Positions 24,850 to 39,337 of a stretch of 64,000 bases of DNA are shown piece by piece (positions within the stretch are counted from its first letter, which is position 1; every line of letters begins with the position of its first letter). Under the pieces are notes generated by a model, which had not been told where the DNA came from, did not search any database, and saw only the letters and a list, made by a program, of their open reading frames with translations. The translations under genes were made by a program, and so were the position numbers. The stretch comes from Eledone cirrhosa (lineage: Eukaryota), in contig OZ024740.1 of assembly GCA_964016885.1 (NCBI GenBank), forward strand, positions 395,374,001 through 395,438,000. Reading direction: 5' to 3'.

Positions 24850-25330
24850 TGTTTAACTTTGGAAGGGTCATGTTGCCAATAAAAAACACACGCACCAGTT
24901 GCTTTCACTCCAATTTATTATAAATTAAATTTACAAATTTAAGAATTTATAAATTTCCGGTTGGTTGGTTGGTTCCATAACCGGACGGTTGTTCATATAT
25001 TGTTAAAGTTCTTTCGTCACACATTCTGTGACCTCTTCAATGACTGGGGATTATTTTCTTTGTTTTGTGCCTCTCCTTTGTTCTGTCCTACGCCATCTTG
25101 TTTTTGTGTGTGTTGTGTACTTAGTTTGCGCATGTGTTACATCCGGGTGTCTGTGTGTGTTTTTATTTGTTTATTTATTTGTTTATTTACATGTTACTGG
25201 TTGGTTGTTTGTTCTATGTGTGTGTGTGTTTTCATTTTGTCCTTAATTGTAAGTTGTGATGTTGCTATTCCATTCATGTTTTCTATTTAATTTTGGTTGG
25301 AGTTCATTTATGTTTATTGCCTCTGTGATT
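24850..25330 (-). mobile_element. Penelope-like 3'UTR/pseudo-LTR fragment with degenerate hammerhead (25001-25045)
   Basis: Homologous to 60300-60555 and similar in layout to 62724-63238. Confidence 0.65.
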
Positions 25331-25499
25331 TGTCTAAACATTGCATCTTTTCTGTGTGTAGATTCTATTTTTATTTCTAAAAATAGAATCTACACACAAA
25401 ACTGTTTCATTCGAAGGAAATCATCCTGATTATTTCCTTTGAATAAAGCAGCTCTATTATATTATATATATATTATATATATATTATATATATATTATA

Positions 25500-25533
<34 letters not shown>

Positions 25534-25576
25534 TGCAATGTTTTCTATATTAAATCATGTGTTGAAACAAATAAAG

Positions 25577-26006
25577 TTATATTTGGTGAGGGTCATGTTG
25601 TTATGATATTGACAGAAATAATAAAACACACTCACTGTTTGGTTTGGATTGGTTTTCGCTTCTGTATATTCTATATCCCTATAGTTAATTTAGCTGGTAA
25701 TCAGTGTTTATAATTGATTGAAAAAAAAAAATGGCGTAGACCTTACAATACAATGGGAGGAAACATAATAGTACCACTGAGGAGGTGACAGTTGTGTGAT
25801 GAAAGAACTTTGATAGACTATATATATATTTATTTATATCTATATTTTTAACCATTCGTCAATCAATGATAAACATTGATTGCCAGCTAAATTAACTATT
25901 GGGATATAAAAGATACAGAAGCGAAAACCAATCCAAACCAAACAGTGAGTGTGTTTTATTATTATTTCTGGCAATATTATAACAATATGACCCTCCCCAA
26001 ATATAA
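25577..26006 (+). mobile_element. Solo Penelope pseudo-LTR with inverted partial copy; hammerhead-like motif at 25772-25815
   Basis: Arms 25577-25721 and 25859-26006 are inverted repeats; 25722-26006 is homologous to 62935-63238. Confidence 0.75.
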
Positions 26007-26055
26007 TAATATAAATATATATATATATATATATATGTATGTATCTATATGTATG

Positions 26056-26098
<43 letters not shown>

Positions 26099-26268
26099 AT
26101 ATATATGTATGTGTATATATATATATGTATGTATGTGTATATATATATATATGTATGTATATATATATATATATTATATATATATATGTATGTATATATA
26201 TATATATGTATGTATATATATATATATATATGTATGCATGTATATATATATATATATATGTATGCATG

Positions 26269-26299
<31 letters not shown>

Positions 26300-26347
26300 G
26301 TATATATATATATATGTATGTATGTATGTGTATATATATGTATGTAT

Positions 26348-26895
26348 GTCGTTGGCGACTAAACTGGCAACCCCACCAACGTTTCTTGGTGAGGAGGGTG
26401 ACTTTGGACATCCTGCAGGACTAAAAACAAAACCTGTCAAAGGGCAAAGGAGCTCTTAAGAGTCAATGGCCATCTAAAATCACCGGGAGAGATGACCCCT
26501 TAGCCTTTGTCAAGGCAGAATTCTAGGAGAAGGAAAACTCTGATATAACACCTGCAACCCTGATGGTATCCAATGATGTTGACTTGTTCTTCTTTTTGGT
26601 AAATATCATCTTGGTTAAGAGAGTGGGACTGGCTTTGTGCAGTGCCTTTGCTCACTATAAAAGCTTCACAGCACAGGCATTGCTTTATATCTGGAGATCT
26701 CTCTGCACTTGTCGTCACATGGTACCAAGGGCCCAGCACTATGTGTCAATAATTGTCACAAGTGTAGTGTTTGTACCAGAGGTTTCAAGTCGCTGGCTGG
26801 ACTAAAAAGTCACACTCGTTCAGCACATCGGTAGGGGTTCTCCTACATGGATATAAAGTAGTGGCCGTACTCGAAAACGAGTTGGCAGCCACCAT
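26348..26895 (+). mobile_element. Short non-autonomous RTE-like retroelement, copy 1
   Basis: Near-identical to 50885-51475; ends in a C2H2 finger remnant ([22 protein letters not shown]) and an (ATGT)n tail. Confidence 0.7.
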
Positions 26896-26992
26896 GTATG
26901 TATGTATGTATGTGTATATATATGTATGTATGTATGTGTATATATATATATGTATGTATGTATGTGTATATATATCTATGTATGTATGCATG

Positions 26993-27025
<33 letters not shown>

Positions 27026-27336
27026 GTATATATATCTATGTATGTATGTATGTGTATATATATCTATGTATGTATGTATGTGTATATATATATCTATGTA
27101 TGTATGTATGTGTATATATATCTATATATGTATGTATGTATGTGTATATATATCTATATATGTATGTATGCATGTGTATATATATCTATATATGTATGTA
27201 TGCATGTGTATATATATCTATATATGTATGTATGCATGTGTATATATATCTATATATGTATGTATGCATGTGTATATATATCTATATATGTATGTATGCA
27301 TGTGTATATATATATCTATATATGTATATATGCATG

Positions 27337-27367
<31 letters not shown>

Positions 27368-27420
27368 GTATATATATCTATATATGTATGTATGCATGTG
27401 TATATGTATATGTATATATA

Positions 27421-27610
27421 TGTAGGCAACACGGTAAAAACCTCCCAGACCCACACTGTAAATGTGGTTGGTGTTAGGAAGGGCATCCAGCCGTAGAAAA
27501 CCCGCCAGACAGTCCTATGCGAGCAAGACAATCACTCTTGCCTCAAGTGGGAAAACTCCTGTCCAAACCCATGCAAGCGTGGAAGATAGACGTTAAACGA
27601 TGATGATGAT
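27421..27610 (+). mobile_element. RTE LINE 3' end fragment
   Basis: Reverse complement of 38953-39145, ending in (GAT)n. Confidence 0.85.
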
Positions 27611-27765
27611 ATATATGTATGTATGTGTATATATATATATATGTATGTATGCATGTGTATATATATATATGTATGTGTATATATATATATGTATGTATGT
27701 ATGTATGCATGTGTATATGTATGTATGTATATATATATATATATGCATGTATGTATGTATGTATG

Positions 27766-27798
<33 letters not shown>

Positions 27799-28075
27799 GT
27801 ATATATATATATGTATGTATGTATGTATATATATATATGTATGTATGTATGTATATATATATATGTATGTATGTATGTGTATATATATATGTATATGTGT
27901 GTATATATGTATATGTGTGTATATATATATATGTATGTATATATATATGTATGTGTATATATATATGTATGTATATGTGTATATGTATGTATGTATGTAT
28001 GTATATATATATGTATGTATGTGTATATATGTATATATATGCATATATGTGTATATGTATATATATATATATGTA

Positions 28076-28129
<54 letters not shown>

Positions 28130-28233
28130 TGTATGTATATATATATATATATATGCATGTATGTGTATATATATATATATGTATGTATGCATGTATGTGT
28201 ATATATATATATATATATTTGTATGTATGCATG

Positions 28234-28274
<41 letters not shown>

Positions 28275-29372
28275 ACGTATGCATGTATGTGTATATATAT
28301 ATATATGTATGTATGTGTGTGTGTGTATATACATATATATATTCACAATCACATATCAGCACAGTATCGAGATGACCACTTACTGCAGTTATTTACCTAT
28401 AGCTTTTCTGATGTAAGATATTAATAACTTCATAGCCTCAACTTGGTTGTAAAATTCTCATGATAAATAGGATTTGGTCATAACATTTCTATGAGAGGAG
28501 GGACTTCTTGGGTTAAGGGACTATGCCCATGGCCTTTGTAGAGCCTTCAAAATTGACCCTCCAGGTTTCTTTAGTACATAATTTAGACATAGTTTGGTTA
28601 TTGCTGTGTTGGCCTATGTGTTTTACTGGATCATATGGAAGATTGATAGCATGTAATTACAGTATGTTAATATAAAAACCATAAAAAGGAATACAGCAGC
28701 CGTCTTTGAAGTGAATTACTCAACATACTTCAAAAACGTCTGACCATGAAAGAAATGATGATTTTCAAGAAAATAAATAAGAACGAACAAAATAACAAAT
28801 TTTACACACTTGTTATTTTTTATTCTTCTTTGTTGGATTTTCTTAACTTATTTTCAATTTCATGCAAATTTAAAGTTAACGGATAATTTCCTATTTTAAT
28901 AGGTTTTGCAGTAATTTTTTTTTTTTTTTTTCCAAGTTACTGAATGACTACTAGTTTCACACACATTAATGAAAAAGAAAATTATGTTTCTGAATAACTG
29001 AGAAATTAAAAACTAATTTAAATCTCAAATTGTAAAATTCTTCTAGTTGCAGTTACATTCTTATGTGGCTGTTCAATGCAGATTATCATGTTATAAAAAT
29101 AAAATCATAAAATTATCATGCTATAAAAATAAAATTCAACATTCAGATATTTTTTTAATTTATTAATTCTCCTCTCCTCTTTGTGTTTCACATAAATTTA
29201 AAAAATACTTGTAAGGCTAGTGTTAGCTTTTTGGAGGAGATTGTCTGTGAAGTGTGTGTGGGGGTCTTTTTTCTTTCTTTTTTTTTTTTTTTGCTATATT
29301 TGTCATTAGGTATGGATTGCTGCTTTATTTCTCACTGGATTTCTTTCTTTCTGATAATTACTAGGCTGTGAA

Positions 29373-29830
29373 ATAAATAATAATAATAATGAAATGATTG
29401 TGTAAAGTGCTCAGGTGCACTACAACTCGTCAAAGGTGCATGTATAGTACATAGAATAATACACAAATGTCAGGGAAGTGAATAGTGTATGAGTCATGAT
29501 ATATGTGTGTGTATGTGTATGGAGGGGGAACATTAGGTGTAGTGTTGGTGAATCTCGAGAAGCATGGAGGCCTTAAAGGATGCAGTGTCTCAACAGCTAG
29601 CAACTGATGCAGGTAGTTTGTTCCATGCTTCAGCAACTCTGATCGTGAAAAAATGTTTCCGAAAGTCATGGGAACTGTACTGTTTTCTGACTTTGTGGGC
29701 ATGCCCACGTGTGTTAGACACATAGAAATCAAAAAGGTACTCAGGGTTGTTGTTGGCAAGATGGTTAACAATGTTGTGGGTGTTTACCAAGTCAGTTGCC
29801 AGGCATCGGAGCTTCAATGTATTCAATGAA
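29373..29830 (-). mobile_element. CR1-type LINE 3' fragment
   Basis: Minus frame NTRGHAHKVRKQ...RKHFFTIRVAEAWNKLP and an (ATT)n tail; second copy at 44980-45410. Confidence 0.8.
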
Positions 29831-31433
29831 CACATTTGAGGGAGGAAGTACTTTTCTATTGGTGAATACTTCACAGTAACTATCACATACAACTTATAAA
29901 CCCAAGAGAATGTATTCAAATATATATACAAGGGCAGTGTCCCAGCATGGCCTCAGCCGAATGGCTGAAACAGGTAAAAGAGGGTAAAAGAGTAGGAGTT
30001 AATTCTGTTGTTATTTTTTGTTCTTGTTTAGGCCCAGGTCAACCCTGGTCCAGTAGTTGTATGATCTAATGCATTCTAGCTATAACCATTCTATCTTGAT
30101 TTTTTCTATAGCTATAGTGAATCGAGGACTATAATATACAATGTGCACTTTATTTTCAAGATAGTAGTGCGGGATTGAGAGATATTTGGATTTTACCTCT
30201 TGGAGGCTGAGTGTACATGTAAAGGCTCTCTTTAGAATAGAGGGGAAATATCTACCATCTATTCCAAACCATTTGGATTAAAATTATAACCACAAAAGGA
30301 GTTAACTTTCTTTAAACTATACTGTCAAATTTGTCCTAGAGCAGAGCTCAGAATGTTGGCATGTGGTAAAAGGAGACATAAATTCGTTCAACGCTTTCCA
30401 CAGTTGGTTCCTGAGGAGAATCTACATTTTCTTGCTCAGTAAATTGTCATATGAGGAGCTATACTACAACATTGGTTGTAATAATGTGGTTTTTGAGATA
30501 AAATGATGGCAGCTCAGATGACTAGGCTAGATTGAACCAGGACAGGATACCAAATGTAACATTAAACCTTTTGTTACTGTGTTTATAATGAAATACACTG
30601 TATTTGAATTAATGAAGAATTTGGAGGAATTTACTAAAATTATTGACTATTTCATTATTAAGATGTTATAGGGCAGCGAACTGGCAGAGTCGTTAGAATG
30701 GCCAGTAGTTTTGTAGGAGGGGTTAATCAATTATATTGACCCCAATTCATGTATAGCGTTTTATTTTGTTGATGCTGGAAGAATGAAAACCAATGTTGAT
30801 CTCAGTGGGATTTGAACTCAGAATGTAAATAGCTACTGATATAAGTCATTGAACTCAGCACTGCAAACTAATGAAGTATTCATCCCTCTTACATTGCTAC
30901 CACTTCTTACATACTGTAATGTCCCTATAGGACTGTTTTGTGCAGCAATCTCATGGCTGAACAACACACTATAGTGTCAGTTGGTGAGATAACAAACCAG
31001 TGAACCCTTCAACATGTAGTTTGCCACTGCTATTGATTCAGCCTATGGCACCATGACACTTCCCATCATTGACAGAATCAAAGAAAATATATTCTGTAAT
31101 CATGTTGCAGCAGTAACTAACATGAAAACGCACATAGCTTGCAGCTTCCACATCAATGAGAAAGCAAAGATATCTAATTTCTTTTTAAAGTATTTCAAGA
31201 TCTGTAATACCGTAATAAGAACCTGCGACAAAGTCACATGATCTGCTCCATAAGTACTTTTAAAGAAAGAAGAAAACAAAAATCAATGGTTCAGTTCTGC
31301 TCCTTCTGTCAGTTGTCTGAAAACTGTTGCCATGCATCCAGTTCTCTCATTGATTCCTGCCATAACACATTATTTAAAGTAATAACATTACATGATTCTT
31401 GATGATGTTTCACTAATGCTTTAATTGTTGCTG

Positions 31434-31492
31434 TTCTTCTTCTTCTTCTTCTTCTTCTTCTTCTTCTTCTTCTTCTTCTTCTTCTTCTTCTT

Positions 31493-31562
<70 letters not shown>
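31434..31562. repeat. (CTT)n followed by (ATT)n microsatellites
   Basis: Directly visible. Confidence 0.97.
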
Positions 31563-31564
<2 letters not shown>

Positions 31565-32593
31565 CTTGTCACTATTGTTATCATCACCAAAAACATCATC
31601 ATCATCATTGACATCATCATCATTACCACAATCATCGTTATCGTTGCCATCATCATTTTTCTTCATATTGTTAAAAACTGTTGTGCTTTTGTTGTTTAGT
31701 CTCAGGTCAGTGTTCATCTAACAGACCTATGATCAAAGATATTCCTGCCACTACCATTCCATAATTTTAGTTGCCTCTAAGGTTATATTATCTAATGTAT
31801 CCTTATTTAAGATGTCTAGAAGTGATTTTAGGAAAGATTTTGCTGTTATTTTGTAGTAGGTCAAACAACTACATAAAAGTTCCCTTGCTGGCTTATAATT
31901 GTTATTGTTGAGAGTAATAGAGAGGTTAATAGAACAACAGAAGCAACAAAGCCTATTAAATCATACTAAAGACCTAATAGTATTTACTTCTGTACATCTA
32001 TGTTCTCAGACATTCTCCATTTAATTTGTAATGCATACTTCAAAGATCTTTATAATCTCAGTAACTTTTATATCAACAGTTTTCAATATACATAGTTACC
32101 AACTCCAGTTATGCCTGATGATATACTCAGATATCCAAAGATGGATAATCAAAGGTGATGGATTACTTCTTCATAATCACTGTATATCCTATACTCCTTC
32201 TTTGCATATTTTTGCATCTTTTTATAATTTTCTTTTTTCAAATTCTGAATATGTTCTGTTTCTATAAAGTGACCCACAATTTGTTTGTAGTGCCAACGGC
32301 AGATATTTTGGGGTAATAATTTGCAACTTAATACCAAGAAGTAGTAAATAACTCTGTTTTTTAAACCTCTGGAATGGAGAGGTTGAAGAGTTAGTATTTA
32401 ACTCCAAGGTTGCCAGATCCAGATATAAGTAGTGGATTATGCTGCTATTCAGGACTGCAAATATTTTGTTGTTTTTTTAATATGGGGTATTCCCTAAATT
32501 AAATCTTTTCTTTTATTTTATTTTCAAAGGTAAGAATCCTATTAGATATATTAGATTCTCAACTAATCAAATTAGAACTGACCTACAAGCAAT

Positions 32594-32718
<125 letters not shown>

Positions 32719-33655
32719 ATTTACCAGCAAAATTTTCAGGATACCTTCTAAACACAATCTGATACTTTTTGAAAATTATGTGTTATTTTTTATGAAATTG
32801 ATCCGACAACCCCGCTTAGATCAAGTTTCATGTTAAGCAGGTGAAAGAGAAATAACATACAATTATATTAAAGGCAACTCTTTCATATTATCTGACGCCA
32901 GTTCTTAACAATGAAAGCAATGCAGAACAAAATATGTTCGAAAATTCAGATTGAACTTATGATTCCATGAGCTAACACTTCCTTGCTTATATCAAATTCT
33001 ATCATCTCAATAGTTTGAGTACAAGTTTAAGCTGGTTTTACAGACATTTTGTTTTCACTTAAACAAATAAAAAAATTACTTCTGTTCCAGAAGCTAATTG
33101 GTTCTGGAACATCCATATGAAAGATGAAGGAATCTTCAACCAGCAAGGGAGCTAAATCTCCCTCCAATCACACCCTACCATCTTAACTAAGAAGGTTACT
33201 TTGGACAATGTAGTCTCTGATATACAAAAAGACAGGATGGTTATAGCTGGAATGTTTTTGATCAAAGATTTACTCACTCATGGTTGACCTGTAGTTAAAC
33301 AACAACCACAACAAAACAGCAACAGCATCCATTTTATAAATCACAAGGTGTCATGCCTATCTAAGAATTCTTGATTATTAGATTGTAAAAACAAAGTAAA
33401 TGTTTGAACATGTTGCTGTTTCACTACTAAGTAAATATCAACCAGATGAATAGAAAATTTTTGATGAATTGCTGTTTGTTGGATCTTCATCTATCCATGT
33501 TTCAGTCTTATATTTTTGCACTATTGATTTTATTATTCTCTTTAACTAGGCACATGGCCAATGTTTAGTAAACAACGAGTATCATCAGTTGATTTTCACA
33601 TAAGCACTAGATGTGTTTTTATTGAGGGATGGAGGAAGTAAATTATATTGTAATA

Positions 33656-33867
33656 CAGCATGGGCCAGAATTCATGACTCACTTGATTATTTATTTAGAA
33701 AAAATAAATAAAAAACCTGTGAGGCATATTAAGAAATAAAAATATAAATTAAGAAACCTGCTAAGCATATTAAGAAATAAAATAATAAATTAAAATAATA
33801 CAATAACAATAAAATAAGCATGTTAAGAAATAGCTAACAAGCGAGTCATGACTTTTGGCCCACCCTG
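33656..33867. mobile_element. Tc1/mariner-type MITE
   Basis: TA|CAGCATGGGCCAGAATTCATGACTCACTTG ... CAAGCGAGTCATGACTTTTGGCCCACCCTG|TA: imperfect 30-bp TIRs with a TA TSD. Confidence 0.75.
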
Positions 33868-34082
33868 TAGATAACAAATTGTGTGCTATGTGTGTGTATT
33901 TGTGTATGTATCTGTATATATGTATATTTATATTTTCATCATCATGATCATCATACATCATCTTTTTCCATTTTTGCATAGGTTGAATGAATCCTTTCCA
34001 GCACAGCCTCATTCCACCTGCAACATTTCTTCATCATATACTCTGTAAGGTTCAGTGTTTTTAGATCAGCTATAACCACTTC

Positions 34083-34121
<39 letters not shown>

Positions 34122-34732
34122 ATTACTTAATGGATCCACTGCCAGTTTCAATTGTTTGATCAACTGAACTACTTACTCATTGAATTAGCATGTAAGTAGC
34201 TGAATATTCCACAGACACATCTTTAACATAATTCTCTGGCAGAATCAAATGTGACATGGGTGCCCTTGGAATTACTAGTATAATCCATCAAACAGGCTTC
34301 CACACAGTTTCTGTATATCCAATTTTACTCACAAGAATTAGATCAACCCAAGGATTCAGAAAAAGAAATTTCCCAAAACACTATGCCAAGTAATCAAACC
34401 TGAGACTTCATGAATGTAAAGTGAACTCTTTATCCACTCAGCCATGACTGCATCAACTCAAACACACAGATACACATTTATATATATATATGTATATCAC
34501 TTTGTTTTATAATGAGAAAAGGGGGAAGGGGTAAAGAAGGGCTGATCTGGCTGTATGGGAAAGTAGAGGAAAGGACTATAAATGGCATTAGTTCTCATTG
34601 GCTGAAGCTTCTGTTGATAAAAAACACTTTACTACTTCATATTAAAGCAATCAAATTGATTTGTTAGCAAAATATACTGCTTTATACCCTGTCTAGTGAC
34701 TGTATCTCCATCACAACCTAAAACTCTCTCTC

Positions 34733-34784
<52 letters not shown>

Positions 34785-34838
34785 CTTTGTGGCATTTCTT
34801 CTGTCATCATCGTCTTAACTATTTAACTAGCTCTATTA

Positions 34839-34900
<62 letters not shown>

Positions 34901-35179
34901 ATTATTACATTGACAAGAGATTGTGGAAGAGAGAGATAAAGAAGAAGTAAGATAAGGTAAAAACCAAAGGAAGCGCAATGAGAAGACAAGGAGAATGAGG
35001 TGCAGCAAAGAAAAAGAAAGAACAGTCAGAAAAAGTAATGATGGTGAAGTGGATAATATGGTGGTGGGGAGGGGGTGGAGAGTAAATGAAGCAGAGATAG
35101 AAAAACAAGGACAATGAATATAAAGTGGGGGAAGATGATGAAGAAGAATGGTTCCATAATGAAAAGCTAAAAAATAATG

Positions 35180-35795
35180 ATAATAATAATTGTTTCTACT
35201 TTAGGCACAAGGCCAGCAATTACTCAGTGCATTACTGGTACTTTATTTTATCGACCCCGTATGGATGAAAGGCAAAGTTAACCTCGGCGGGATTTGAACT
35301 AATAATTGTTTCTGCCCTAATAATTGTTTCTACTTTTGGCACAAGGCTAGCAATTATCCCAGTGTATTACTGGTACTAATATTAATGATAATAATAATAA
35401 TAATTGTTTCTACTTTTGGCACAAGGCCAGCAATTACCCAGTACATTACTGGTACTTTATTTTATCGACCCCGTATGGATGAAAGGCAAAGTTAACCTCG
35501 GCGGGATTTGAACTAATAATTGTTTCTGCCCTAATAATTGTTTCTACTTTTGGCACAAGGCTAGCAATTATCCCAGTGTATTACTGGTACTAATATTAAT
35601 GATAATAATAATAATAATTGTTTCTACTTTTGGCACAAGGCCAGCAATTACCCAGTACATTACTGGTACTTTATTTTATCGACCCCGTATGGATGAAAGG
35701 CAAAGTTAACCTCGGCGGGATTTGAACTCAGATCGTAAAGGGACGAAACTATGCTGGCAAGCATGTCCGACCCTCCACCGATACTGCCAATTCAC
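35180..35795 (-). repeat. Tandemly amplified SINE family A (214-bp period)
   Basis: TTTTATCGACCCCGTATGGATG recurs at ~35246, 35460 and 35674. Confidence 0.85.
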
Positions 35796-35859
35796 CCCCT
35801 TATATAATAAAAATAATAATAATACAAGAGAATTGGTATTAACATGTAATGTATACCTT

Positions 35860-36320
35860 GTGAAGTAATGCAGGTGGATGGGAAAGCAATGATATTCTGG
35901 GAGTATGATTTCCAGACTGATAGAGTTACTGAGTATCACCGACTGGACTATTCTATTGAACAAGAAAAACATACTGTCAGATCATAGACATAGCCATACA
36001 AAATGACATGAATATTGCAAGTAAAGAGGTTGAAAATATCATCAAAATACTCCAAATTGAAGTGGCAATGGCAATTCGAATACAAGAGTGCAATGTGAAA
36101 GTGATACCAGTTGTGATCAGGGCATTAGTGTCAATCCCATAGAAACTCCAAGACTTCTTAAAGCGGTTGGGAATACCATGTAAGATTGGTGTCATTCAAA
36201 AATCAACTTTGCTATGCACTGCACACCTTTTAAAGAAAGTATTATCTGTCTGCGGTCCTTCTTGTGAGTTAACAGATGATTAAATAATTCCCTCTACACT
36301 GTGTGACAAAAGAAATAATG
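35860..36320 (+). pseudogene. Decayed 3' end of an R4/Dong-like (restriction-like endonuclease) non-LTR element
   Basis: Frameshifted reading KAMIFWEYDFQTDRV...CQIIDIAIQND...VKVIPVVIRAL...IQKSTLLCTAHLLKKVL, followed by an AAT-rich tail. Confidence 0.7.
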
Positions 36321-37079
36321 ATAATAGTGATGATGACAGCAACAATGAAAGTGGTCTGTGATAAAGAAGATGTATAAAAGAATGGTTCCACGGGGAATGT
36401 TCAAAATGAATGTGGAAGGAAGCAGAAAGACATATATAAAGACCATGGAGGAGAAAATAAGAGCCAGGGGTTGGTTAAGTGAGATGCAGAGGATAGGGCT
36501 AAATGGAGGCCTGTCATTAGACCCATATGACTAAACCCTGCTTCAGCTGGGAAAATGGCCTTAATGCTTATAGTTGTTATTGTCTGTTTAGACAGGAAAG
36601 TATTGGGATTGCTCTTACTATTTTCATTTCTACTTGGAAATTCATGAGAATAAGTATTTCATTGTATTTTTATCTTTATTACATTTATTTTTATTTGTAT
36701 GTTGTTTTTTTTTTTTTTTTTTTTTTTTTTTTTGGGGGGGGGGGGGGGTGCTTAAGGTAGAATTCCAATACCTTGGAAATTGTTTCTATTGGTTGCTATA
36801 GCTATTTGTAAGTATTCTCACACACATTCTCTTTCTCTGCATGATTGAGAGATGTCTAATGTAAACAAACAGAAACCCTCATTCAAGTTCTTTATTCTAT
36901 TGTATAGATTACATTTTCAATCTAAGGACCGATATTACTTTAACCCCTGCAGATAAGATATACTTAAGATGATTTCAATAATTCTTTCCCATTGGTTAAG
37001 TTGTTTTTTTTTTTTAAAAAAAGACCAGTTCGAAAATACTTTGAATAAAGACTTTAAAGATTATATGCACATGCACACA

Positions 37080-37123
<44 letters not shown>

Positions 37124-39337
37124 TGCATATATATATATGCACACATGCATATATATATATGCACACATGCACATATATATATGCACACATACACACACAT
37201 ATATATATATATATCGTCATCAGCATCACCATTTAACGTCCATATATATATATACGTTTATGTATGTGTGCACTTGTGTGTCCATGTATGTGTGTGTGTG
37301 TGTGTGTGTATATATATAATATATATGAAGACATATATAAATGTATTATATGTTTATATATGTTTTTATATACACCCCTATTATGCTTAAATGCTGTCTT
37401 AGTGCTGCTGCTAATTAAACGTGTGTGTGTGTGTATGTGTGTGTGTGTGTGTTTACATACATATATATATACACATTCATATATATCCATGCACATATTC
37501 CCATTCCACACAAATATGAATATATTTATAGAGAGAGAAAGAGAGAGATACATGTATAAATATAGAGGAGGGGGTGTATCATACATTGGATTGAGTTTCC
37601 TAACTTAGAATCTCTTTCATTATGTAGTTTTGTTTTGTTTTCTTTAGTCTGAGATTGGATTATTCTACAAAAACTCTCTTTACTGAAAATCACATAAGAT
37701 TTCGAGCCGCTTATCCTGGAATAACATTGGAAACTAGGTTCTTGTGATTTTTCTGAAGTATTTTGAACATCTGGATTATTCTATGACAGTGAAATTAATA
37801 TATATTTGTTTTTTTAGATATGAAATCACTGAGTGGTTGCTACATTGAAGCAGTACTCTCTGTATAACACTGTAGTTAGTGATAGGAAGTGCATCCAACT
37901 GTGAAATTGAAACAAAAAAAAAAGGAAGAAATAAACTCTTGTCAGAGTAGACCTTTCTCATATCAGTAACATGATAAAATATATGCCATCCACACTGTAA
38001 AGTAGTTACTGATAGGAAGAACATCAATCTATAAATTAAAAAAGCATGCCAGGTAAACAGGAAAAAAAAGAATGAAGTAATGGAGGCTATGGGAAGTAAA
38101 TAGAATTCTTTAATCTTGTCAAAGATGACTCCTCTAGTGTTGGTGGCATAATAAAATACACCAAACCCTTATTACAAAGTGGTTGGCAGTAAAGCTGTAA
38201 AAATAATGCTAGATGTTGAAGGACTGGGACAAGTGGTGAGATGTTGTGTGACACATCCAACCCATGTCATCATGGAAAATAGAATAGAAGCTTGGTGATG
38301 GATGAATAATAATTGTTTCTACTATTGGCACAAGGCCAGCAATTACCCAGTACATTACTGGTACTTTATTTTATCGACCTCGTAAGGATGAAAGGCAAAG
38401 TTAACCTCGGCGGGATAATAATAATGACACAAAACAGAAGTGTATTGCTGCAACAAAAAGTCTGTTCTTCATATTTTCTGTCTATATGTTCAAAATGCTA
38501 GATGTGTATGTGGCTCCTCTCTATTTGATCGACTTCAAGGTCATAATACATCAAGAGACCAAAGAAGATATTTTTCAGTAACTGCAAAAAAACAAATTTT
38601 GATCTAGATACTTTGAAAGATGGGGTGACTATTACAAGATTCAGAGTGATCCATTATGCAGTGCTAAAAAAAAGATGTATTGCACAAATTGGACTTGGGA
38701 AGGAAAAGCATGGCACTGGTTCTCCAGTGTTAATACAGGAATAAATTTTATTTGAATATCTGGATTTAGAGTAACCCTGAGAAAGATGTAATGGATGCAC
38801 ATATACCTGTATAATTATATATATATATATGTGTGTGTGTGTATATGTATATATATGTGTGTGTGTGTATGTATATATATATATATGTGTGTGTATATAT
38901 ATATATATATGTTTGTGTGAATATATATAAATATATGTGTATATATGTATATATCATCATCATCATCGTTTAACGTCCGTGTTCCACGCTTGCATGGGTT
39001 TGGACGGGGGTTTTCCCACTTGAGGCAAGAGTGATTGTCTTGCTCGCATAGGACTGTCTGGCGGGTTTTCTACAGCTGGATGCCCTTCCTAACACCAACC
39101 ACATTTACAGTGTGGGGCTGGGAGGTTTTTACCGTGTTGCCTACACGGCCACGTTACAGCGTGGACTGTGTGTTTTTTTGTCGTGACACCTACACAATCT
39201 CATTTGTTTCGGCCTGGTTGGTGTGGCACCAACATAACTTTACATAGGAGGGGGTGGTGTGGATGGGGTGTGGGTGGTGGGACGGGGGTGTATTTTGTTA
39301 GAGATGCCTACTGACTGTAGTAGGTTTTACTTTGTAT

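Noticed and set aside
31309-31721. Poly-R/K/F ORFs
   Set aside because: Translations of (CTT)n/(ATT)n microsatellites.
37648-37746. Possible exon (LRLDYSTKTLFTENHIRFRAAYPGITLETR) after a good acceptor
   Set aside because: Weak donor and unrecognised peptide; needs RNA-seq.
38607-38754. Protein-like frame YFERWGDYYKIQSDPLCSAKKKMYCTNWTWEGKAWHWF
   Set aside because: Short, no clear splice donor, and no family recognised.
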